Positions 1 through 16,515 of a DNA stretch of 64,000 bases are shown one piece after another. The DNA lies in the NCBI RefSeq assembly GCF_009914755.1, contig NC_060931.1. One strand, written 5' to 3'. The notes under the pieces were generated by a model. It was not told where the DNA came from, did not search any database, and worked only from the letters and a program-made list of their open reading frames with translations. Every line of letters starts with the position of its first letter. The first letter of the stretch is position 1. The translations under genes were made by a program, and so were the position numbers. Source of the stretch: the human T2T-CHM13v2.0 reference genome, Homo sapiens.

Positions 1-2220
1 ATAAATAGCTCTTATTATTTTGAGATACATTCCATCAATACCTAGTTTATTGAGAGTTTTTAGCATGAAGGGCTACTGAATTTTGTTGAAGGTCTTTTCT
101 CTATCTATTGAGATAATCATGTGATTTTTGTCATTGTTTCTGTTTATGTGATGGATTACATTTATTGATTTGCATATGTTGAACCAGGCTTGCATCCCAG
201 GGATGAAGCTGACTTGATTGTGGTAGATAAGGTTTTTGATGTGCTGCTGGATTCGGTTTGCCAGTATTTTATTGACGATTTTCGCATTGATATTCATCAG
301 GGATATTGGTCTAAAATTCTCTTTTTTTATTGTATATCTGATACTGGCCTCATAAAATGAGTTAAGGAAAATTCCCTCTTTTTCTATTGATTGGAATAGT
401 TTCAGAAGGAATGGTACCAGCTCCTCTTTGTACCTCTGGTAGAATTTGGTTGTGAATCTATCTGGTCCTGGACTTTTTTGGTTGACAGGCTATAAATTAT
501 TGCCTCAATATCAGAGCTTGTTATTGGTCTATTCAGAGATTCAACTTCTTCCTGGTTTAGTCTTTGGAGGGTATGTGTCCAGGAATTTATCCATTTCTTC
601 TAGATTTTCTAGTTTATTTGTGTAGAGATGTTTATAGTATTCTCTAATGGTAGTTTGTATTTCTGTGGGATCGGTGATGATATCCCCTTTACCATTTTTT
701 ATTGAATCTCTTTGATTCTTCTCTCTTTTCTTCTTTATTAGTCTTGCTAGCAGTACATCAATTTTGTTCATCTTTTCAAACAACCATCTCCTGGATTCAT
801 TGATTTTTTGAAGGGATTTTTGTATCTCTATCTCCTTCAGTTCTGCTCTGATCCTATTTATTTCTTGCCTTCTGCTAGCTTTTGAATTTGTTTGCTCTTG
901 CTTCTCCAGTTCTTTTAATTGTGATGTTAGGATGTTGACTTTAGATCTTTCCTAATTTCTCTTGTGGGCAGTTAGTGCTATAAATTTCCCTCTACACACT
1001 GCTTTAAATGTGTCCCAGAGATTCTGGTATGTTGTATGTTTGTTCTCATTGGTTTCAAAGAACATCTTTATTTCTGCCTTCATTTCGTTATGTACCCAGT
1101 AGTCATTCAGGAGCAGGTTGTTCAGTTTCCATGTAGCTGAGTGGTTTTGAGTGTGTTTCTTAACCCTGAATTCGAATTTGATTGTACTGTGGTCTGAGAG
1201 ACAGTTTGTTGTGATTTCTGTTCTTTTACATTTGCTGAGGAGTGCTTTACTTCCAATTATGTGGTCAATTTTAGAACTCTCGGCAGAAACTCTACAAGCC
1301 AGAGGAGAGAGGGAGCCAATATTCATTATTCTTAAAGAAAAGAATTTTCAACCCAGAGTTTCATATCCAGCCAAGCTAAGTTGCATAAGTGAAGGGGAAA
1401 TAAAATCCTTTACAGACAAGCAAATGCTGAGAGATTTTGTCACCACCAGGCCTGCCTTACAAGAGCTCCTGAAGGAAGCACTAAACATGGGAAAGAGCAA
1501 CCAGTACCAACCACTGCAAAACCATGCCGAATTGTAAAGACCATCGATGCTGTGAAGAAACTGCATCAAGTAACGGGCAAAATAACCAGCTAACATCATA
1601 ATGACAGGATCGAATTCACACATAACAATATTAACCTTAAATGTAAATGGGAAAAATGCCTCAATTAAGACACAGACTGGCAAATTGGAAAAAGAATCAA
1701 GACCCATCAGTGTGCTGTATTCAGGAGACCCATCTCACGTGCAAAAACACACATAGGCTCAAAATAAAGGAATGGAGGAACATCTACCAAGCAAATAGAA
1801 CGCAAAAAAAAAAAAAAAAAAAAAAAAAAGCAGGGGTTGCAATCCTAGTCTCTGATAAAACAGACTTTAAACCAACAAAGATCAAAAGAGACAAAGAAGG
1901 CCATTACATAATGGTAAAGGGATCAATTCAACATGAAGAGCTAACTATCCTAAATATGTGTGCACCCAATACAAGAGCACCCAGATTCATAAAGCAAGTC
2001 CTTAGAGACCTACAAAGAGACTTAGACTCCCACACAATAACAACGGGAGACTTTAACACCCCACTGTCAATATTAGACAGATCAATGAGACAGAATGTTA
2101 ACAATGATATCCAGGCCTTAAACTCAGCTCTGCACCAAGTGGACCTAATAGACATCTACAGAACCCTCCACCCCATATCAACAGAATATACATTCTTCTC
2201 AGCACCACATCACACTTACT
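1..2220 (-). mobile_element. 5'-truncated, 5'-inverted L1 (about L1PA5-7): 1-1276 is ORF2 in L1 sense on minus; 1277-2220 is the inverted ORF1-end/ORF2-start segment; 3' end lies left of the window
   Basis: ORF2 EN/RT peptides on minus (KIDHIIGSK..., NRIQQHIK). ORF1 C-terminus and ORF2 N-terminus on plus, ending ...SAPHHTY exactly where the minus part begins (TTCTAAAATTGACC). Confidence 0.93.
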
Positions 2221-2249
2221 GTATGATTCTTAAGATAAAAGTAAAGCTG

Positions 2250-2704
2250 GGCCAGGCACGGTGGCTCACGCCTGTAATCCCAGCACTTTGGAAGGCCGAG
2301 GTGGGCGGATCATGAAGTCAGGAGATCGAGACCATCTTGGCTAATGCAGTGAAACCCCATCTCTACCAAAAATACAAAAAATTAGCTGGGCGTGGTGGCA
2401 GGTGCCTGTGGTCCCAGCTACTCGGGAGGGTATGACTACTGGGTACATAACAAAATGAAAGCAGAAATAAAGATGTTCTTTGAAACCAATGAGAACAAAC
2501 ATACAACATACCAGAATCTCTGGGACACATTTAAAGCAGTGTGTAGAGGGAAATTTATAGCACTAACTGCCCACAGAGAAATCATTCTCTGAGGAGAATG
2601 GCATGAACCCGGGAGGCGGAGCTTGCAGTGAGCTGGGATCATGCCACTGCACTCAGCCTGGGCAACAGAGTGAGACTCTCTCTCAAAAAAAAAAAAGAGA
2701 AAAA
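2250..2704 (+). mobile_element. AluY interrupted by a ~160-bp L1-derived insert at 2430-2588
   Basis: GGCCAGGCACGGTGG start, GAGATCGAGACCATC and GAGCTTGCAGTGAGC diagnostics, A tail, TSD AAAAGTAAAGCTG at 2237-2249 and 2705-2717. Confidence 0.93.
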
Positions 2705-2848
2705 AAAAGTAAAGCTGAAGAGAGAATGTTGAATTGGTTGGCTGGTGAAATTTCCCGGAATGTAGTCCTGAGAGATATGAAGATTAAATATATGAAAGAG
2801 ACACTAAGGCATATGGAAGATAGAAGAGAAAATCCAATATACATATTT

Positions 2849-2887
<39 letters not shown>

Positions 2888-3091
2888 TTATACTTTAAGT
2901 TTTAGGGTACATGTGCACAATGTGCAGGTTAGTTACATATGTATACATGTGCCATGCTGGTGCGCTGCACCCACTAACTCGTCATCTAGCATTAGGTATA
3001 TCTCCCAATGCTATCCCTCCCTCCTCCTCCCACCCCACAACAGTCCCCAGAGTGTGATGTTCCCCTTCCTGTGTCCATGTGTTCTCATTGT

Positions 3092-6925
<3,834 letters not shown>

Positions 6926-6973
6926 TTATTTTGCTTGTTAGTTGATGCAGTTTCTTCCTAGTCTCGATGGTCT

Positions 6974-7988
6974 TTACATTTTGGCATGATTTTGCAGCGG
7001 CTGGTACCAGTTGTTCCTTTCCATGTTTAGCGCTTCCTTCAGGAGCTCTTGTAGGGCAGGCCTGGTGGTGACAAAATCTCTCAGCATTTGCTTGTCTGTA
7101 AAGTATTTTATTTCTCCTTCACTTATGAAGCTTAGTTTGGCTGGATATGAAATTCTGGGTTGCAAATTCTTTTCTTTAAGAATGTTGAATATTGGCCCCC
7201 ACTCTCTTCTGGCTTGTAGGGTTTCTGCCGAGAGATCCACTGTTAGTCTGATGGGCTTCCCTTTGAGGGTAACCCGACCTTTCTCTCTGGCTGCCCTTAA
7301 CATTTTTTCCTTCATTTCAACTTTGGTGAATCTGACAATTGTGTCTTGGAGTTGCTGTTCTCGAGGAGTATCTTTGTGGCGTTCTCTGTACTTCCTGAAT
7401 CTGAATGTTGGCCTGCCTTGCTAGATTGGGGAAGTTCTCCTGGATAATATCCTGCAGAGTGTTTTCCAACTTGGTTCCATTCTCCCCGTCACTTTCAGGT
7501 ACACCAGTCAGACATAGATTTGGTCTTTTCACATAGTCCCATATTTCTTGGAGGCTTTGCTCGTTTCTTTTTATTCTTTTTTCTCTAAACTTCCCTTCTC
7601 ACTTCATTTCATTCATTTCATCTTCCATCGCTGATACCCTTTCTTCCAGTTGATCACATTGGCTCCTGAGGCCTCTGCATTCTTCACGTAGTTCTCGAGC
7701 CTTGATTTTCAGCTCCATCAGCTCCTTTAAGCACTTCTCTGTATTGGTTACTCTAGTTATACATTCTTCTAATTTTTTTTCAAAGTTTTCAACTGCTTTG
7801 CCTTTGGTTTGAATGTCCTCCCATAGCTCGGAGTAATTTGATCGTCTGAAGCCTTCTTCTCTCAGCTCGTCAAAATCATTCTCCATCCAGCTTTGTTCCG
7901 TTGCTGGTGAGGAACCGCATTCCTTTGGAGGAGGAGAGGCGCTCTGCTTTTTAGAGTTTCCAGTTTTTCTACTCTGTTTTTTCCCCAT
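6974..7988 (-). pseudogene. L1 ORF1p, disabled
   Basis: MGKKQSRKTGNSK start, premature TGA at about 7599 (CGA>TGA), frameshift near 7340, end ...QPLQNHAKM. Confidence 0.95.
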
Positions 7989-8897
7989 CTTTGTGGTTTT
8001 ATCTACTTTTGGTCTTTGATGATGGTGATGTACAGATGGGTTTTCGGTGTGGATGTCCTTTCTGTTTGTTAGTTTTCCTTCTAACAGACAGGACCCTCAG
8101 CTGCAGGTCTGTTGGGAGTACCCGGCCGTGTGAGGTGTCAGTGTGCCCCTGCTGGGGGCTGCCTCCCAGTTAGGCTGCTCGGGGGTCAGGGGTCAGGGAC
8201 CCACTTGAAGAGGCAGTCTGCCCATTCTCAGATCTCCAGCTGCATGCTGGGAGAACCACTGCTCTCTTGAAAGCTGTCAGACAGGGATATTTAAGTCTGC
8301 AGAGGTTACTGCTGTCTTTTTGTTTGTCTGTGCCCTGCCCCCAGAGGTGGAGCCCACAGAGGCAGGCAGGCCTCCTTGAGCTGTGGTGGGCTCCACCCAG
8401 TTGGAGCTTCCCAGCTGCTTTGTTTACCTAAGCAAGCCTGAGCAATGGCGGGCGCCCCTCCCCCAGCCTCGCTGCCGCCTTGCAGTTTGATCTCAGACTG
8501 CTGTGCCAGCAATCAGCGAGACTCCATGGGCGTAGGACCCTCTGAGCCAGGTGCGGGATATAATCTCCTGGTGCGCCGTTTTTTAAGCCCATCGGAAAAG
8601 CGCAGTATTCAGGTGGGAGTGACCTGATTTTCCAGGTGCCGTCTGTCACCCCTTTCTTTGACTAGGAAAGGGAACTCCCTGACTCCTTGCGCTTCCCGAG
8701 TGAGGCAATGCCTCGCCCTGCTTCGGCTCGCACACAGTGCGTGCACCCACTGGCCTGCGCCCACTGTCTGGCACTCCCTAGTGAGATGAACTCGGTTCCT
8801 CAGATGGAAATGCAGAAATCAGCCATCTTCTGCGTCACTCACGCTGGGAGCTGTAGACCGGAGCTGTTCCTATTCGGCCATCTTGGCTCTTCCCCCC
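7989..8897. promoter_or_regulatory. L1 5'UTR: sense promoter (minus) with YY1 site, and antisense promoter (plus)
   Basis: YY1 motif reads GGCCATCTTGG on plus at about 8876-8886; CpG-rich 5'UTR. Confidence 0.8.
8445..8627 (+). CDS. L1 ORF0 (antisense 5'UTR ORF), truncated to 60 aa by CGA>TGA
   Basis: MAGAPPPASLPPCSLISDCCASNQRDS... matches primate ORF0; splice donors at 8550/8551 and 8612/8613. Confidence 0.85.
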   Translation: MAGAPPPASLPPCSLISDCCASNQRDSMGVGPSEPGAGYNLLVRRFLSPSEKRSIQVGVT

Positions 8898-10665
8898 ACT
8901 CCAATATACATATTAATAGAAGTTACCAATGTAGCATAGGAAAGGGACAATATTTGAAATTATAATAATTGAAAGCTTTTCCAGATTGATGAAAAATAAC
9001 AATTCTTATAGCCTATAAGCAAAATAATTTCCAATCAAGATAATTAAAAATAAATTTATACCAATCATATTTAATTAAAACTGACAACAGGTTTTTTTGT
9101 TTATCTTAAAGACAAATAAGAGGGAGAATTTAGCCAGGAGAAAGGGAAAAAGGAGGAGAGAGAAAGGGAGTGAGAAAGGGATAGAAGGAGGAAAAGGCAG
9201 AGAGAGAAGGAGAAGTGGAGAGAGAGAGAGATTAACTACAGAGAAATAATATTTGGACTGCAGCAGATATCTCAAAATCAACAAGAAAAGTCAGAAAATA
9301 AAGAATAAATTATACACTCAAAATGCTTAGAGAAAGTAGGAGATCAAGAGTTCTATACACTGTTAAATAATTCTTCAAGAGTGAGGGGGAAGAGAAGATA
9401 TATTCAAATAGGGCTTTTTGTTTCTCGGATTTTAAAAAGTCACTTAAATTACAATCAAGGATTTAATGTAGGAAGAAGAAAACTGTACTCAGAAGGTAGG
9501 ATCAGGATCCATAAATGGGTGGTAAGAATGAGTATTGGTAAATATGTGGTAAACATGAAGTGAAATTACAAATAATGACCGTGCATGGTTTGAAAACAAA
9601 ACAATTTTAGTATTAGAAATGAATTACATTGAAGAGGTTTCTAAGTTACTTTCCTTCTATGGAGTAGGGGTATAAAGATATTGATGAATATTAGACATTG
9701 TCAGGTTTGATTATACATATTAGAAATTTCAGGAAACCACTAAAAAAAGCTAGAAATATAATGTGAAACTTCCAATAATTTAGAGGGGAAAAAATAGAAT
9801 AAAGACATTTGAGTTCAATAGACGGTAGCAAAAACAAAAGAATGTAAAACCTAAAAGTAAGGTGGCAGAAATAAAATACTAAGAATCATAGTAAGAGAAA
9901 ATAGAATCAACTTAACAATTAAAACATGGAAATTCTATCATTGGATTACAAATTTTCAGCTATATGCAGTTTTAAAAGGCACATCTAAAACACAGTGACA
10001 TGTTCGATTTGAAAGTAACAGAAGAAAAATGATGTACCTGACAAATATTAACAACAAGAAGCTCGAGTAAGTATATAACTCTCAGTGAGAACTGTTTAAG
10101 CAGAAAACATTACAGTATTAAGGATAAAGAGGGTCATTGCTTAATGGCAAATATGAAAAAAACTCAAGGGAGATACAATATAACAAGAGAACAGATAAGA
10201 AATTCATTTTCCTATTACTTATGCATGTTTAATTCTTAAAACGTTTAAAACCAAATTAGTCTTACTGAAACACACTTCCTTTTATTCTTTGACATCTCTC
10301 CTTGGAAGTTTAGAACACATTTCTCTCACTAAGCCTTCCAGTATCGATTTTTTTCCACCCCTTTTATAACCTCCTCTTTTGCTATTATGTGTTGTATTGC
10401 ATATTGGGTTAAATGGGAACCCCCACAGGAGCTTTGTCTTTTATGTGTTTTAAAGTGCCATGTACCCTTACAACTATTATAAATAAATCATCATCATCAT
10501 CTTGGGATGAAAGTAAAACATAAAAATGTCAACCGTTCAAACGAAAATGAGTTATCTTCCTCTCTTTAACTTTACCTTAGAGATGCATCTTATAAAATTC
10601 TAGAAACTTTTCTAACAAGTATACAGTTTAAGTTTAAAAAGAAAAAAAATGATGTTGTATCGGCT

Positions 10666-10766
10666 TAGGGTAAACAACCATTCTGGTTTGCCTGGTTTTA
10701 GCAGTGAATGCCCTATATCCCAGGAAAACCCTCAGTCCTAGGCAAGCTGGTTTGTTGGTTGCCCAA
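10666..10766. mobile_element. MER81-like hAT non-autonomous element
   Basis: TAGGGTAAACAACC...GTTGGTTGCCCAA terminal inverted repeats, ~100 bp. Confidence 0.7.
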
Positions 10767-10981
10767 TAATATCACTCTTCTTTTAAGACATCTAAAGCAT
10801 ATATATTTTATATCTTTTATAGCAAATTACATCTAAGAAAATGTTCAACCAAAAGGCAAAAAGTAGCCACAATGAAGAAAAATATTAACTTTTCTTAGTC
10901 AGAATCCTGTATTTCTATTAGAAAAGAAAATGTCTACTTTTATGTAGCCTAAGTATCTCTTTCAACTTCAATTGAATATAG

Positions 10982-11194
10982 GACATCTCATCAAGTTAAA
11001 AATTTGCAAAAAGGTAGAAAATGACTTTTTCTTCAAATTCATATTTGTCATTGAGCAGTCTCTGATCTTTCTGAAATTTTAAGTATCATAGAGAAAGTCA
11101 CAATTCTTAATAGGTACTGAATTATCGGATGAGTTGAAGGAAATGAAGGAGTGGTGAAGCCAATCAGCAATTCCTAAAGCGATACTCCAAAAAG
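10982..11194 (+). pseudogene. Candidate exon relic (213 nt, phase 1-1)
   Basis: atag|...AAAG|gtatca; HLIKLKICKKVENDF...GTELSDELKEMKEW*SQSAIPKAILQK. Confidence 0.45.
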
Positions 11195-11444
11195 GTATCA
11201 TAGCTTTGCATTTTCTATATTTAACGGCTAATTTTTAGCCAATGAAGTGGTTAAAATAGACTATGGAATGTACAGGTGAAGAGAACATGCATATTTAAAT
11301 TATAATCTATTTCCATAAGCAAATTATAAAAACCTTTCTGCTCTCTGAATTATAAAGAAGTGTATTTTTCATATTTAATAACTTGTGAAATATAAATTTT
11401 CTCATTTGCTCAAGATGATTTTGGGAGGCTAATCATGCTTTCTC

Positions 11445-11900
11445 AAAATGTTCATCCATTCACAGAACTGTATACTAAGTGGTCTGCATTTCCAAAGAGG
11501 AATAAGACATGACCCAACCTTCAAGGGGCTCATGTTCTGTTAGACGTGAAAAGAAAACAAATGAGTTTATTAATGTAGAATAAAATACAATTGTATATAG
11601 AAGGTGCCATTATTATAATGAGAAAGAAATTAAGGTATAAAACAAACACTTGACAAAAGATATGGTGCTTGAATTATATATTGAATTCATTCAGTTTTTT
11701 GCTATGTACCATGCTCAGTACTAGCCATAAGTTGTAAAAATCAGAGGCTCCTAGCATCATGTAGAATACATTCTATTAAGAAAAAAAGACAATAAACATG
11801 TCACAAATAAATAAAATACAGTAATTACAGATGGTGGCAACTGTTATCAAAGAGATAAGTAGGTGATATGAGAGAGGCAACTGGAAGGAGTTGAGGGCTG
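11445..11900 (-). mobile_element. L2 fragments
   Basis: TTCATCCATTCA and ATTCATTCA ends followed by typical L2 3' sequence. Confidence 0.5.
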
Positions 11901-12406
11901 TATAGGAGTTGTTCAGGCAAATGGGGTTACACTGGACAAGGGCATTCCAAGGGAAAGGATCCTTTTAAGCTGCCTGGTTCCCTTCTAAAGCACAGTTGGC
12001 ACTTGACATAAATGGTCATGAACATCCTTGCACTGTTCTTGGGAACTGTCTTTGAGAGCAAATATTAACCATTACATCCACTACATTCTAATTTGTCCCT
12101 AATCTTTCATTTTTCACCCTTTTGACTTTACATCCTTTATTTCCCTGTGAGTCTTATTTGTTTAAAAGCATTTTTCTGCCTGCAACTTCTTTGGTTTTTT
12201 TTACTCTGACTCTTATTATTTTCCTATTATGGCCAGAGGTAAAGGGAGTCAGAGGGTAAGAGGTAAGTATCACAGAAGGCCAAGTCTTCTACAACTTCAG
12301 AAGTAACACCATGTAGAACAGGAAGAGCTAAAAAAAAAAATTAAAAATATATTTGGAGGGACCATGACATGATGGAAAGGGAAGGAAAGGAGAGGGTAGG
12401 GGAGGG

Positions 12407-12475
12407 GACACACCCAGGAACAATATTTTGCATCCTTCAATCTAATCAAGTCAACACTCAATATTAACCATCACA
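12407..12475 (+). mobile_element. MLT2 LTR 3' fragment
   Basis: GACACACCCAGGAACAATATTTTGCATCCTTCAATCTAATCAAG...ATTAACCATCACA. Confidence 0.7.
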
Positions 12476-12569
12476 TCTGAATAGCAGTGCTAAGAGATCC
12501 ACAGTCTCACTGCTGTTTGTGGTTCTTTTAACTCTCTTCACTGCTAGTGTCTCAATTTATGGGGTAGGT

Positions 12570-12935
12570 GAGAAATCATATGGAGCTTGTTATTTTCTTT
12601 ACATACTTTAAAAACCAGGTACATAATCTATTTAACATGAGATATCTTGGTTTGGTGCCCAATTATCCTTTCCTCTCATTTAGTGTTACACTAATTAGCT
12701 CAGCGCTATCATCCAACTGTCAGATCAGACTTAATTCAATTAATTTAATCTCCACCCAACACCCTTATATAAAAGTGAACAATAGCTTACTGACATTTTT
12801 TTCATCAATAATTTATCATAGTGATTGCTCTATATTCAGGTGTAATACTCCTTATCTTGGAAGCGAAAAAAGAAGTACATGCTCAGATATGCAAATACCA
12901 ATTTTCTGATAAATTCTGGCAAAAAGTGAACTCAC
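12570..12935 (+). pseudogene. RGS-domain relic, frameshifted
   Basis: KSYGACYFLYIL* at 12573-12611 (alpha2-3-like) and LEAKKEVHAQICKYQFSDKFW at 12857-12919 (alpha7-8-like), about one domain apart. Confidence 0.55.
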
Positions 12936-13246
12936 ATTAGTAATAAACTATTTCTATAAATAATCATTTATAGATTCTATAAAAATCATTTTTATCATAT
13001 AACTTTTGTGTGTCCGCAGGAATATTTCATTTTGACTTTCTGAATGAAGTAGGATACTTTAGGTATATAAGATTTTTTTCCATCAAACTCAAAATTATTT
13101 TTAATGCATTTTCACTGGGCATTTAATACTATAACTATTTGCCCCGAATATTTCTTTATATGATATTTTAAATTTACATGTGACTAATCTGTGACATGAT
13201 AGTTTAGTAGCCAATTAAATTTTGAAAGTTGCTGTTCTTTTAACAG

Positions 13247-13493
13247 TGGAAGGAACAGGCATAAGAGAAACATTCTGTACTAAGCAATTATGTGTGGGAT
13301 GTATTTAAGAATATATAAAGTTATTGCTCTCAATGCAATTTTACTTCCATGTTCTGGAAAATTATTAATGTATCTGTGGAAAAAGAGATTCATATTTTAA
13401 AATACTATCAAAGTTTTCCACTATTTGGTATGAATTTGTTCCCAAACATGCCCCAGTTCTCTTAGTGTATGTGGACATTTGCCAGGAAAATAG
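13247..13493 (+). pseudogene. RGS exon relic (alpha3-alpha6)
   Basis: ttttaacag|...AATAG|gtaaga; EYIKLLLSMQFYFHVLENY*CI...KFSTIWYEFVPKHAPVLLVYVDICQEN. Confidence 0.7.
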
Positions 13494-14363
13494 GTAAGAA
13501 TGACTACTAAGATGACTACTATTTTGGTCCAGAGAGGAATGGGATTTGTTTATCTCTCAATGTTCTTTCTCTGTGTTTGGACAATTCTTGGCTTTTCTTG
13601 ATTTACATAAATGTGCACCCAGGATTGGCTTCATGTAAAGAGAATGTAGAAGTCTCGCTAGTAGTTATTGTTTAAAGGTATTACCTCTGGTCCTGGCTTA
13701 AAGCTCTATAACTGGGAGAGCAGACCTTTGTATCTCAATGGGAATAAAGTGAAAGCATGTGACAATGGGATAGACAGAGGAAGAGGACCAGTGTACCTGA
13801 GATGAGGAGGCTGGTTGTTCATGAATGAAGAACTTCATATCTACTCTAGATTTTTACTTTTAAAATTGATGTGTAGCTTTTACAAACTTTGACAAGATTT
13901 CTTACTATTGATATTAAAAAGGATAAAATATACTAATAAAGAAAACTTTAGATCTTCATGCCAGAAAACAATATCCTGTCCTAAAGTACAACTTCTGGAA
14001 GATAAATTATAGAAGTTTAGATTTAAAAGATTTACCATTTCTTATTCCAATATGATCTGATTGTTATGGGGGAATGGAAAAAAGGTGATTATCACTCTGG
14101 ATAGATAAGAAAGTGCAAATCTAAGACGAATATTAGGTGAATATAGTTTAGTGATATAACTTATAGTTCCTGGCTACATTGTTTATAATAGAGTAAAAAA
14201 ATGGCAATGCCCCAAATGTTCAATTGCAAGGTATCTGTTACAGGTACCTTGGTATTAGTTAGACATTAAGAAATACACAATTATTTAGAAAATGTTTAAA
14301 GTATATTTAATGAAGGAATCAAGTTATAAAAGAGTAATCTATAGATACATTATAAATATATTA

Positions 14364-14771
14364 TGTAGGTGACCTGATGATGTGCCACACACATTCCCTC
14401 TTCAAGGATTAGACTTGCTGCCCAGCTATAGCAAGTATGGTGAGCAGACAGCTTCCAGCTGTCATTTTCTTCATGGTCTGCCTCGGCTGCAGAGAGAGCT
14501 GCTTTGCCTGACTTTACTCCCTGGATCACTCAATGATTGACACAGGTCAGGGTATAAATGTTTAGCTATTTGGGACTGACCTAGGATACTCTGAAGGGTA
14601 GCAATCACTGTAGAGCTCCTTGTTGGGCTGGCTGAGACTTTGTTAGGCCTGACAAAGTTTGACTTCTTTCTCTACCCAAACGTGTATTTTCTTTCCCTTC
14701 CACAGATTAAGCCCCGAAAAACATCTTGTATCCCAAACTCCATCTGAGCATCTACTTCTAGAGAACCTATT
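14364..14771 (+). mobile_element. LTR16-family (ERVL) solo LTR
   Basis: 3' signature CCCAAACTCCATCTGAGCATCTACTTCTAGAGAACC. Confidence 0.55.
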
Positions 14772-15502
14772 TGTGGTACACAGAATAATGGCCCCTCAAA
14801 GTTGTCCACATCTGAATTTCAGAAACCTGTAAATATGTTACCTGACATGGCAAAAAGGATTTTTCAGATGTGACTAAATTAAGAATCTTGATATGTGAAT
14901 ATTATCATGAATTATCTGGTGGCCCCAATGTAGTTATAAGGGTTCTTCTTAGAGGGAGAGAGAAGTTTCAGAGTCAGAAAAGTAGATATAGCAAAAGAAG
15001 AAGGGGTCAGAGTCAGAGAGAGATTTAAAGATGTTAATCTACCAGGTTCTTGTTTTGGTTTTTAAAATAAATTTTATTGTGTGTATTTATTTGTTATACA
15101 ACAAATACAACAACATGTATACAACATGATGTTATGGGATACATATAGGTAGTAAAATCATTACTATAGTGAGGCAAGTTAACATATACATCATCTCACA
15201 TAGTTATCCTTCAATTAATTAATTAATTTTTTTGTGGCAAGAGCAGGTTAAATCTACTTATTTTGCAGATGGAGGAAGAGGCCAGGAGCTAAGGAATCCA
15301 GGCCATCTCTAGAAGATGGAAAAGACAAGGAAGCAGAGTCATCCCTAGAGGGATCCAGAGGGAACATGGCCCTGCTGACAACTTAATTTCAGTCGAGTGA
15401 AACTTATTTGGGACTTCTGACTTCAGAACTGTAAAATTATAAATTTGTCTTGTCTTAAACCACTAAATAGATTTGTTACAGAGAAAATAGGAAACTAATT
15501 CA
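14772..15502 (+). mobile_element. MLT1D-like LTR containing an L1MA9-like 3' fragment (minus, about 15045-15262)
   Basis: TGTGGTACACAGAATAATGGCCCC start, GGAAACTAATTCA end; insert AAATAAATTTTATTG...GGCAAGAGCAGGTTAAATCTAC. Confidence 0.75.
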
Positions 15503-16515
15503 CCGTCCAACAGCACATTTTGTTCAATCTGATATCATTTTGGTTAAAAATGTTTTTCACAGGAAAAAATACTGGGAGAATATACATTGAAGGATGTATA
15601 ATATTTATTACTGGGTAAGATTTTGCTCATGTCGTTTTCTAGATTATCTATAATAAATGTATTTTTCTACAACAAATAAATTTGTAAAGAAGGAAGTGAA
15701 TGGTTTCCATGAACTTTGGTCAAAATACTCAAAAGTAATGATGGAATATATGTACTCTATATCTTTTCTAAAGGAAAACTGAGAGAACACTATTAATTAT
15801 CATGATAGAATAATCCTTTAGAGAGAGAACATGAGATCAGATTAGCTCAAATGGATGAAATAGCAACACGGTACATGCTGAATTAAGTTATTTATAAACA
15901 TTGTTTATTTAGATTGTTCCTGTATTGATGGTGGTATTCACTTTGTTGTCATTCTCTCTTTTCTTTTTTCACTGTTAACAATGCTACGATAAATATCCTT
16001 GCACTGAGATCTTTATCTACTCTCTCCTTAACACTTTTAGGATAGATTCTTAAGAGATTAATTCTGCCTAAATAATTTATATGTTTTAATTTCTAATAAG
16101 CGTCATCAGATTGCTCTTCAAAGGTGCCATTACTATTCAAATTTCCAGTAGTAATGCATAGGAATACCCAGTCCCCACAGTGCCCTTTTAGATTTTTATA
16201 GATTGACACAAATGACATGACTAGGGCTTAGGGACCAGCCAGAAACTTGCTGCAAAGGTGACTTGAAACTTAACCCAAGATTGTTGGCTAAGAAGGTTTA
16301 TATGTTCTCTGTTTCTGATCAAGGTTGATCCTGAGATCAGGAGTTTGGGCTGCGACTGCTGGGAACTAGCCTGAGTCATACACTGGGCCAACATTCCAGT
16401 GTTATCTTCAGTTAGTTTCCTTAGTCATACTCCAACCACATTGAGACATACTCTCCTTGTCCTTTAATTGTTTATAATTTAATTTTCTTCTGCTTGAAAT
16501 TTTGTCCATTATAAG

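Noticed and set aside
1647-2315. 222-aa L1 endonuclease-Alu fusion ORF with poly-Lys
   Set aside because: Incidental read-through; it lacks the native start and the C-terminal catalytic DH segment, and the Lys run is an expanded A tract.
12568-12909. 113-aa ORF as a functional gene
   Set aside because: Non-ATG start in the ORF track and no recognisable product; the RGS-like motifs lie in the other two frames.
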